32,000 nt of DNA. Source: an archaeon GW2011_AR10 (GTDB taxonomy: Archaea; Iainarchaeota; Iainarchaeia; Iainarchaeales; GW2011-AR10). Shown one piece after another: positions 8,798 through 15,140 of this stretch (its first letter is position 1; every line of letters begins with the position of its first letter). The DNA lies in NCBI GenBank assembly GCA_000830275.1, contig CP010424.1, forward strand, positions 120,001 to 152,000. Direction: 5' to 3'. A program made the translations under genes and the position numbers. Below the pieces are notes generated by a model, which was given only the letters and a program-made list of their open reading frames with translations, ran no database searches and was not told where the DNA came from.

Positions 8798-8873
8798 TTT
8801 CCGGGGCTGAAAGAATGCTTTTAAATTTGCGCTCAGCATCTGTTTCAGGATTTTCCTTTCAGGAGGTGTTTTA

Positions 8874-10007
8874 ATGGAGAAAAAAGTTTTAGAAAAGAAA
8901 AATAAAAGGCTTTTGCTGCCAGCGCTGTTAATTGCTTTCTTGCTGGTTTTTTCATCGTTTGCGTTAGCGCGACTGAACACTGAGACTGGCTTGCGTGTTC
9001 AAAGTAGGGCGGCAGTAGAGGCAAATGTTCTTAATTCAACTGCTGCAGTAAACAGCAATAGTGTTCTTAATGAAGCAGATGACGACAATGATGCGGCAGA
9101 TGATGGAGTTGATTCAGGTGCAGGCATTGGAGCCAGAATAAGGGCTGAAATTGAGGGCGCCAAGGAAAAATTCGAGCAGAACAGGGAACGCTACCTTGAA
9201 ATAAGGGCAAACTACGTTGAAGCAAAGAGCAGGGTTGCAGCAAGCATTCAGAGCTTTAATGCAGTGAGGGCCAGAATTCGTTCAGCTGCTCCTGAAGACA
9301 GAAACCAGCTTGCAGTGCAGCTGAGGGTTCATGCGAGGGAAACTCTGCTGAACCAAGTGAATGCAATTCTCAACCACCTTGAAGCAATAAAGGACAAAGA
9401 GGTTGCTCCAGACAACATAGATGAACTTACAGAGTTCTTTTCAGAGGTTGAAGCAAGTCTTGAAAATGAGGAAATAACGCAGGAGGAACTCATTGAAATA
9501 TCAAGCGACATCAGGGTGTTCTGGAGAGAGCACCGCCTTGGGCTAAAGAAGGGAGTTGGCTTGGCAATCAATGCAAGGATTCAGGCTCATTTCCAGAAAG
9601 CAGAAACTTTTTCTGAACGGCTTTCAGAAATAATTGACAGACTGGAAGCTGAAGGAAAAGATGTTTCACTGCTTGAAAGGGGCCTTGCAAAACTGGATTC
9701 AGACATCGAAAAATTCAGGAGCGCATACGCAAGGCTCAGAGAGCAGTACTCTGAAGCAGATTCAAGGCAGGAATTCAACGATGTTCTAACAAAAGGCCAC
9801 AGGCTGCTGAAGGCAATGAATGAGCAGCTGAAAAAGGATTTCAGGCTAATGAATGCTCTCTTCAAGGCAACAAGGGAACTCATTGTGTCAGAGGAAATAA
9901 GCGGCTCAACTTCGGCAGACATAGAAGCCGGGGTTGAATCATCTGAAACAGAAATAGAGTTCGATGCTGCCCTGGCTGAATTTGTTGAGGTGACTGCCGA
10001 TGAGTAG
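8874..10007 (+). CDS. Secreted or membrane-anchored alpha-helical coiled-coil protein, unknown function
   Basis: A strong ribosome-binding site AGGAGGTG (8861-8868) precedes the ATG. The N-terminal hydrophobic segment is LLLPALLIAFLLVFSSFALA. The rest is E/R/A/L-rich heptad-like sequence. Confidence 0.75.
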   Translation: MEKKVLEKKNKRLLLPALLIAFLLVFSSFALARLNTETGLRVQSRAAVEANVLNSTAAVNSNSVLNEADDDNDAADDGVDSGAGIGARIRAEIEGAKEKFEQNRERYLEIRANYVEAKSRVAASIQSFNAVRARIRSAAPEDRNQLAVQLRVHARETLLNQVNAILNHLEAIKDKEVAPDNIDELTEFFSEVEASLENEEITQEELIEISSDIRVFWREHRLGLKKGVGLAINARIQAHFQKAETFSERLSEIIDRLEAEGKDVSLLERGLAKLDSDIEKFRSAYARLREQYSEADSRQEFNDVLTKGHRLLKAMNEQLKKDFRLMNALFKATRELIVSEEISGSTSADIEAGVESSETEIEFDAALAEFVEVTADE

Positions 10008-10230
10008 CGCTGCAGTTGCATTGCTGCTGCTTGCAGCTGTTTTTGTTTTTGGCTGCACGACTCCGCAGGAAAAAGCAACCACTCAAAACAGCTCCCTTCA
10101 GGAAATAGGTGATTCACAGCAGGAAATAGCAGTGCTTGACTCAGAAATTCAGGAGCTGGAGCAACTCTTGGCTGACTCAGAATACTCAGAAGAAGACTTC
10201 CTTGCACTGGATAATGGCACTTTCCAGTAA
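10000..10230 (+). CDS. Small putative lipoprotein
   Basis: The ATG overlaps the upstream stop (ATGAGTAG). MSSAAVALLLLAAVFVFGC has a lipobox-like FGC. The mature part is acidic. Confidence 0.6.
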   Translation: MSSAAVALLLLAAVFVFGCTTPQEKATTQNSSLQEIGDSQQEIAVLDSEIQELEQLLADSEYSEEDFLALDNGTFQ

Positions 10231-10276
10231 GTGCCTTAATCCTTCTTTTTCTTTTTTTATTTTACTTTTTTCTCAT

Positions 10277-10531
10277 TTATTCTAATTGTTGTGCAAATTT
10301 TTTTCGATGCAGTTCTTTTCTCAGTTGTTTCAAACGGCCCTCAAAGTTTTTTCGTCTGCCCACGTCAGTTAAAGGTGTTTTATTCAATTGCTTTTCAAGA
10401 TTTTCAATAATTTTCAAAATACCACTCGTGCTGTCTGCTTGTTTTGCCCGTTTTTGTTCTGTGGTTTTCTCTTTTGGCTTAATGGTTCCAATTCTTTTGA
10501 GAAAAGAATCAGGCACTACTATTCTTGGCAT
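10277..10531 (-). CDS. Small basic hypothetical protein
   Basis: The 84-aa ORF is K/R-rich. I recognise no family. Confidence 0.45.
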   Translation of the reverse strand: MPRIVVPDSFLKRIGTIKPKEKTTEQKRAKQADSTSGILKIIENLEKQLNKTPLTDVGRRKNFEGRLKQLRKELHRKKFAQQLE

Positions 10532-10633
10532 TTTTTCCCTAAATAAATTAATGTTAACTCGTTATTAATTCTATGGGTTTCTGCAATTATTGGGGCTGGT
10601 CAGCAAAAACTCTTAATTGTTATTTCCCACTTA

Positions 10634-11200
10634 TTGGTTATGCGCAAAAACCTTGAAGCATACCTCCATGAAAAAAAACTGCATTTTGTTGAAAAAATAT
10701 CCAAGGGTTACAGCAGTGAAGTTTTTCTGGTTGAAAACCGCAATGGAAAAAAGTTTGCCCTGAAACTCGAGAAGGAAAAAAGCCCGCGCGTAAACATGGT
10801 GCAAAAAGAAGCTGAAAACCTGAAGCTTGCAAACTCGTGTGGAATCGGCCCAAAACTTTTTGATGCTGATGACAAGCGGGGAATTGTGCTGATGGAATTC
10901 ATTGAGGGAAAAACTTTCAGTGAATGGCTGTTTGAGACAAATGTCTCAAAACATAAATTGCAGTCATTCCTAACTTATTTATTTGTGCAAGCAGAGCAAT
11001 TGGATAAAATTGGCCTTGATCATGGCCAGCTTGCAGGGAAAGGAAAAAACATTCTTGTTCGAAACAGCAAACCTGTAATAATTGATTTTGAGAAGGCATC
11101 GCACAACAGGAAGTGCAGGAATGTAAACCAATTAAAATCCTTGATTTATTTGAACCCCCACTCTGCAATACCGAAAATGGTGAAAGAGATTCTTGGGTAA
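10634..11200 (+). CDS. Small atypical protein-kinase-fold protein (RIO/Bud32-like), non-canonical catalytic loop
   Basis: Motifs are GYSSEVFLV (G-loop-like), KFALKLEK (VAIK-like Lys), IVLMEFIEG (hinge), LDHGQLAGKGKNILV (an HGQL where HxD is expected) and IIDFEKAS (DFG-like). The probable real start is ATG at 10640. Confidence 0.65.
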   Translation: MVMRKNLEAYLHEKKLHFVEKISKGYSSEVFLVENRNGKKFALKLEKEKSPRVNMVQKEAENLKLANSCGIGPKLFDADDKRGIVLMEFIEGKTFSEWLFETNVSKHKLQSFLTYLFVQAEQLDKIGLDHGQLAGKGKNILVRNSKPVIIDFEKASHNRKCRNVNQLKSLIYLNPHSAIPKMVKEILG

Positions 11201-11210
11201 GCCAAAAATA

Positions 11211-11513
11211 TTAAGGGTGTTTTGGGCTGTTTCCAATTTTTCTATTTCTGCGGTATGCAACCGGTTTTCTTCTTTTGCCTTTGCCAAGGTTCAGGTAAAG
11301 CTCAGAAGCAGTGCCGTAAATGAAAGGCTCTTTTCCAATGCCGAGTCTTGCCCCGACTTTTGGCTTCCATGCTCTTCTGTCAACCATTGCTGTGCCTTCA
11401 GGCAATGCAACCATTTTTACTTTTTTCTTTTTCTCGTTTTCTGTTATTTTTTCGAAATGGAAAATGGTGTATTTTTTTGAAAGATTTCTTGCCTTTTTGC
11501 TCTTAGACGGCAT
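11211..11513 (-). CDS. Hypothetical basic protein
   Basis: The ORF is 100 aa, or 67 aa from the internal MVALPEG. I recognise no family. It is convergent with the kinase-like gene. Confidence 0.4.
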   Translation of the reverse strand: MPSKSKKARNLSKKYTIFHFEKITENEKKKKVKMVALPEGTAMVDRRAWKPKVGARLGIGKEPFIYGTASELYLNLGKGKRRKPVAYRRNRKIGNSPKHP

Positions 11514-11798
11514 CCAAAACCTTTTTTTGAATTTTTTTACTTATAATTGTTTTTGCAATCACGATTGAAATTTTTTGAACATTTTCTTTGCAATTCTTAT
11601 CTCATTTTTTTTCTATTCTGCGGTCAATTATCTCCTAAGTTGTTTTTACTCTTTTTTTGAAAGCTTTTCATGTCTTTTCCTGCGCTTTGCCTGCTTTGCT
11701 GTTCCAAGGCCTCACCTTTCTGGACCATACAATAGATTAGTTCAAACCGCTATTTATTTCTTCCCCAAAGCTAAAAAAATAGAAAAATTGTTGACCGT

Positions 11799-12197
11799 TT
11801 ATTTTACGAATTTTCGGTCAACCTCAAGTATAAGCACGTCGCATGCTGCCTTGATTGCCTCAAGCTGCTTTATGATTCTCTCTTTTTCTTTCTCGATGTC
11901 CTGGATGTTCTCATAGGGTTCGATTGCTTCCCTGAGCATTGCGCCGTCAACGTAAGTGTAGGGGTGCGCGTCCATCTTCTTTGCAATCCGTTCAACCATT
12001 TTTCCTAGCCAGATGTTCATTTCGTCCTTAACTTGGCCCTTGATTTGCTTTCCGTTGCTTAAGTGCTTTCTGAGCATGTTCACAATCGTTGCTCTCGGAA
12101 AAGGGAGCTTTGATTCATCAACTTCCTCTCCGGATTCCTCGATTTCCTCAATTTCTTGTGCAGCTGTTTTCTCTTCCTCTATTTTTCCTTTAGCCAC
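11799..12197 (-). CDS. Histone-fold protein with an acidic N-terminal tail and an extra C-terminal helix
   Basis: LPFPRATIVNMLRKHL (alpha1), QIKGQ (L1), VKDEMNIWLGKMVERIAKKMDAH (alpha2) and VDGAMLREAI (alpha3) match the histone/NF-Y/NC2 fold pattern. A 30-aa E-rich tail precedes it. A ~35-aa helix IEKEKERIIKQLEAIKAACDVLILEV follows. Confidence 0.7.
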   Translation of the reverse strand: MAKGKIEEEKTAAQEIEEIEESGEEVDESKLPFPRATIVNMLRKHLSNGKQIKGQVKDEMNIWLGKMVERIAKKMDAHPYTYVDGAMLREAIEPYENIQDIEKEKERIIKQLEAIKAACDVLILEVDRKFVK

Positions 12198-12313
12198 CTA
12201 AACACCCCTTAAAGTGCATTTTTCCTCAACTTAACCCCAAAAATAGTAATACTAAAATCCTCTACCGTTCAGATTTTAAAGGCTACTATTGCGAATATAG
12301 TTGGGGTGATTTT

Positions 12314-12511
12314 TTGGCCAGAGTAATAATCCATGAAGATAAAAGCCCGGTTGAAGTCAGGGTTGGGGGAGAGAGCAGGTGGATTTGCCAGTGCGGCCTT
12401 TCAACTGCTAAGCCTTATTGCAGTGGCGCGCACAAAATGACTCAGGACGAGGAAGCAGGAAAACTCTACAAATACGAGAGCGGCAGAAGGACTGAAGTCA
12501 GAAGGCCTTAA
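12314..12511 (+). CDS. CDGSH-type iron-sulfur domain protein
   Basis: CQCGLSTAKPYCSGAHK fits C-x-C-x2-S-x3-P-x-C-[DS]-G-A-H. It has a TTG start with GGGGTGAT 5 nt upstream. Confidence 0.8.
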   Translation: MARVIIHEDKSPVEVRVGGESRWICQCGLSTAKPYCSGAHKMTQDEEAGKLYKYESGRRTEVRRP

Positions 12512-12526
12512 CCGCTTCTTCAGCTT

Positions 12527-12673
12527 TCAATTTTTTACCGCGTGCCTGATTATTTCAAGGTTGCATGACTTGTGAGCCTTGCACCATGCCTCACATTTTT
12601 CTGCCCAGCTTTTTTCTTTGTATTTCAGTTTACACTCTTCGCACTGGAAACCGCTCAATGTTTTTTTAACCAT
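12527..12673 (-). CDS. Unannotated 48-aa Cys-rich (putative zinc-binding) protein
   Basis: It is not in the ORF track (under 60 aa). The minus-strand translation is MVKKTLSGFQCEECKLKYKEKSWAEKCEAWCKAHKSCNLEIIRHAVKN, with CxxC, CxxxC and one further Cys. It lies immediately downstream of C/D sRNA copy 1 and its T7 run. Confidence 0.5.
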   Translation of the reverse strand: MVKKTLSGFQCEECKLKYKEKSWAEKCEAWCKAHKSCNLEIIRHAVKN

Positions 12674-12690
12674 TCAAATCATTTCTCTTT

Positions 12691-12697
12691 AAAAAAA
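12691..12697 (-). terminator. Oligo-T (T7) tract after C/D sRNA copy 1
   Basis: The minus strand reads GGCGTTTTTTTAAAG directly 3' of the sRNA terminal stem. Oligo-T tracts are the usual archaeal termination signal. Confidence 0.4.
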
Positions 12698-12704
12698 CGC
12701 CTTT

Positions 12705-12759
12705 TCAGTCCGCGCATCTTTCTTCACAGCTTGCGCTCCGAATCATCGTCAGTCATCAT
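12705..12759 (-). ncRNA. C/D-box sRNA (2'-O-methylation guide), copy 1
   Basis: The minus strand reads AUGAUGA (C) - CUGACGAUGAUU (12 nt) - CGGA (D') - GCGCAAGCU (9 nt) - GUGAAGA (C') - AAGAUGCGCGGA (12 nt) - CUGA (D). The core is 55 nt, both guides are exactly 12 nt, and GA dinucleotides are retained in all boxes. The short terminal stem is GCC/GGC. Confidence 0.7.
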
Positions 12760-12803
12760 CGGCAATAATAGATTTCCTAAATCATGTTTATCTTTGTTTC
12801 TTT

Positions 12804-14249
12804 TCAGCCATATCCATATTTTCCGATTGCCATTGATTTGAAGTTTTCAGGGTCTATTTCTTTTGTGAGAGACATTCTGGTTTCGAATAATTCTTTTGCG
12901 GTTAAATTAACACCGTCATAAGGCGGAGTGTAAAAGTTCCATAGTTCTGGATAATTGTCAATAGGGTATTTTGTGTTCATGTTCCTAAAAGTCGCTAAAG
13001 GAATAAGATTGAATATGCCGTAACGCGCAATTGTCCTGCCCTTGCTTTTGCTTTTCAACAGCAGCCTAATTTTTTTGTACTCTGAACGGATAGCAGCCAT
13101 GGTATTTTGATTTGCCTGAACGGGAAGTATCACACCAAAAGCGATTTCCGGAATTTGCTTTTTCGCAAGAGCAGAAATTATAGCATTCTGCACATCAAGC
13201 CCCTTCAGTTTATGATACTTTTCGCGCTCATCAAAAGTCTCTATAGGAAAGTATAACCTATAACAACCCTTTATTGCCCCACCAGTTTCTTCCCTAAAAA
13301 ATAATGCATTAAAGAGTTCCTCGTCAACCTTCCCATCACGAAAAAGCAGCCCTACCTCTAAGCCATTCGGGAACTCCCAGGCAAAACCAAGCCTTGCAAT
13401 TTCTTTAAACAACAGCATAACCTTTTTCCTCCCGTCAGGGGAAGCCGTTTGCAAAAGCAAATTGTCATCAACAATGTTTAGGGATTTTACCCCGCTTTCA
13501 CGATAAAACTCAAGGGAATTCACAGAGCTTTCAAGGTCAAGCGTATTGTATTTGCTCAGTCTCGATTCGCAAAAATCGCAGTCTCTCGGGCAGCCCTTCG
13601 TGAAATAAATGAAACCTATCGGAAAAGGAACGCCTTCAGGAACAGGCCCGTCATGGCTGTCCTTATACTCGTCAATATTCTCAAGCAAGCTGAAATCGGG
13701 CTTGCACAATTTTTTTAGAGGGTGAGGATAATTCCATACAATCTTCTGCTCGCTCCAGTCTTTATCCAATTCAACTGGGTTAAAGTCTTCAGTAAAAACC
13801 TTGTCAGCTCCGCATTGAAGGTAAAAACCAGGTCTTGCCTTGGCATCAGCACCGCCGACCATTATTTTTACATTAGGCTTTTTTGCTCTCGCATAGTGCA
13901 TGAACTCTTTCACAATAGAGGATTCAAAAGAAAAGTGGGTTGAAATGCCTATTACATCAGACCATTCGATAAGCTCTTCAGCCGAACTAAACGGTGCCCC
14001 AAACATGTAGCAATTTATTTTATAGCCCTCCCATTCGAATGTCCTGTAACGCTCTTTCCTGTCAGGCTCTTTTATTCGCAGGTCAAGAAGCCTTGCCTCA
14101 TACGTTGACTCGTTTTTTATTACCGAACCAACACGCAAAAGGCTAGCTGGCATGACCCTGTTGTAAACATTGTTCAGGAAAATAGGCGAGTCAAAGTAAC
14201 CTTTAAGCTCGAGGCCTAGGGCAGGAAGCTGGATAAGTCCAATGTTCAT
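12804..14249 (-). CDS. B12-binding-domain radical SAM enzyme (class B-like)
   Basis: The 481-aa ORF has an N-terminal Rossmann-like B12-binding-type domain (DVIGISTHFSFES...NVKIMVGGADAKARP). The CxxxCxxC cluster motif is FTKGCPRDCDFCES. The ATG overlaps the stop of the upstream MTase (ATGA at 14246-14249). Confidence 0.85.
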   Translation of the reverse strand: MNIGLIQLPALGLELKGYFDSPIFLNNVYNRVMPASLLRVGSVIKNESTYEARLLDLRIKEPDRKERYRTFEWEGYKINCYMFGAPFSSAEELIEWSDVIGISTHFSFESSIVKEFMHYARAKKPNVKIMVGGADAKARPGFYLQCGADKVFTEDFNPVELDKDWSEQKIVWNYPHPLKKLCKPDFSLLENIDEYKDSHDGPVPEGVPFPIGFIYFTKGCPRDCDFCESRLSKYNTLDLESSVNSLEFYRESGVKSLNIVDDNLLLQTASPDGRKKVMLLFKEIARLGFAWEFPNGLEVGLLFRDGKVDEELFNALFFREETGGAIKGCYRLYFPIETFDEREKYHKLKGLDVQNAIISALAKKQIPEIAFGVILPVQANQNTMAAIRSEYKKIRLLLKSKSKGRTIARYGIFNLIPLATFRNMNTKYPIDNYPELWNFYTPPYDGVNLTAKELFETRMSLTKEIDPENFKSMAIGKYGYG

Positions 14250-15031
14250 TTTTTCTTCACTAAGAATACGAAATCTCCAACGTTATTGTCACTGAAAATT
14301 TTCTCTTTGGGCCACACTTTTTTTACAGAAATAACTTCTAAATCGGCAGCAGCCAAGTGTTTCGTAAAAAGGCTGTAATGCGACTTCCATTCGTATTCTC
14401 TGTCCCTTTCATACTGCATTACCCGAGAAAGGAGCGATATTCGCTCATCTTTTATTTCATGATTATCAATGCAGTCGACTATTCTTTTTGCATAAAACTC
14501 AATGGCAGCAGAGTCCCTTTCTACTCTATTTGAATATTTTGGGATTATGTTCTCCATAAACACAACTATTCCGTCGTCTTTGAGATGGTTAAAAATGTTA
14601 TTCAAAAAATCAGGCTTGCGCTCATCCTCTATGTGGTGATATGCAGAACTAGCTATTATTACGTCAAACTTTCTTGGATGCCTGAAAAGAACAGCATCAT
14701 GATTTACCAACTCGAAGCGAGGGTCGGAACCGATTCTCTTCTTTGCATCATCAAGGTATTTCTGGCTTATGTCAACACCAACAAAGGACTCCAAACGATT
14801 TTTGAAATCAGAACTCAAAAAATCCAGTATCAATTCAGTGCCACAGCACACATCCAAAATAGATATTTTCCTTCCAACGCGCTTTGCGTAGTCAAGAAGG
14901 TGTTTAGAGCCTTGAATCAGCATTTCCCTTTCTCCGGGAATATCCTCCACTTTGTTATATAACTCAGCATTATCCTTGTACGTGAAATCAGCGGATATGC
15001 TGCCAGATACATAAAAATCTCTTGAATACAC
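14246..15031 (-). CDS. Class I SAM-dependent methyltransferase
   Basis: Motif I-like is ILDVCCGTELILDF, followed by VGVDIS (motif II region), FDVIIASSAYHHI and DGIVVFME. The track ORF runs to 15130, but its first 33 codons read like AT-rich promoter DNA. A GTG at 15031 preceded by GGGGG is the likelier start. Met69 is an alternative. Confidence 0.8.
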   Translation of the reverse strand: MYSRDFYVSGSISADFTYKDNAELYNKVEDIPGEREMLIQGSKHLLDYAKRVGRKISILDVCCGTELILDFLSSDFKNRLESFVGVDISQKYLDDAKKRIGSDPRFELVNHDAVLFRHPRKFDVIIASSAYHHIEDERKPDFLNNIFNHLKDDGIVVFMENIIPKYSNRVERDSAAIEFYAKRIVDCIDNHEIKDERISLLSRVMQYERDREYEWKSHYSLFTKHLAAADLEVISVKKVWPKEKIFSDNNVGDFVFLVKKK

Positions 15032-15140
15032 TAAAAACCCCCAATAATATAATTGGCCACGTCTACAAATATATAATTTTTGACCTAATTTTATAAAAAA
15101 ATAACAAAATTTATATTCTTTAATGTACATATTTTATAAT

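Noticed and set aside
9587-10207. 206-aa minus-strand ORF
   Set aside because: It is an antisense shadow of the coiled-coil protein and lipoprotein genes, serine-rich with low complexity.
11575-11916. 113-aa plus-strand ORF, and a possible 35-aa minus-strand ORF, in the 285-bp spacer 11514-11798
   Set aside because: The plus-strand ORF is F/S/L-rich translation of T-rich intergenic DNA and overlaps the histone-fold gene antisense. The 35-aa ORF has no ribosome-binding site or promoter support.
12699-12759. 61-bp repeat read as a micropeptide or RiPP precursor gene (minus strand MMTDDDSERKL, or MIRSASCEERCAD versus ...WAD in copy 2)
   Set aside because: The peptides are only 11-13 aa, with no ribosome-binding site and no leader. 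The single substitution between copies would be non-conservative (C to W). The same bases fit a C/D-box sRNA with exact 12-nt guide spacing far better.
12699-12759. 61-bp repeat as a tRNA-derived att site
   Set aside because: It has no T-arm or acceptor-like sequence, and it does not overlap any tRNA.
12572-12841. 89-aa plus-strand ORF, and the 63-aa plus-strand ORF at 16812-17003
   Set aside because: Both read through the sRNA repeat in different frames, so the repeat is not conserved as protein. Both are better explained by the minus-strand sRNA and the 48-aa ORF.
15032-15130. N-terminal 33 codons of the methyltransferase track ORF. Similar extensions occur at 17917-17985 (trpS), 25879-25917 (surface protein) and 15123-15140 (Lrp).
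   Set aside because: The extensions translate AT-rich promoter-like DNA (for example MYIKEYKFCYFFIKLGQKLYIC and MFNTLISLIIHLYINLFYLC). Better internal starts with a ribosome-binding site or leaderless geometry exist. The Lrp case remains ambiguous.
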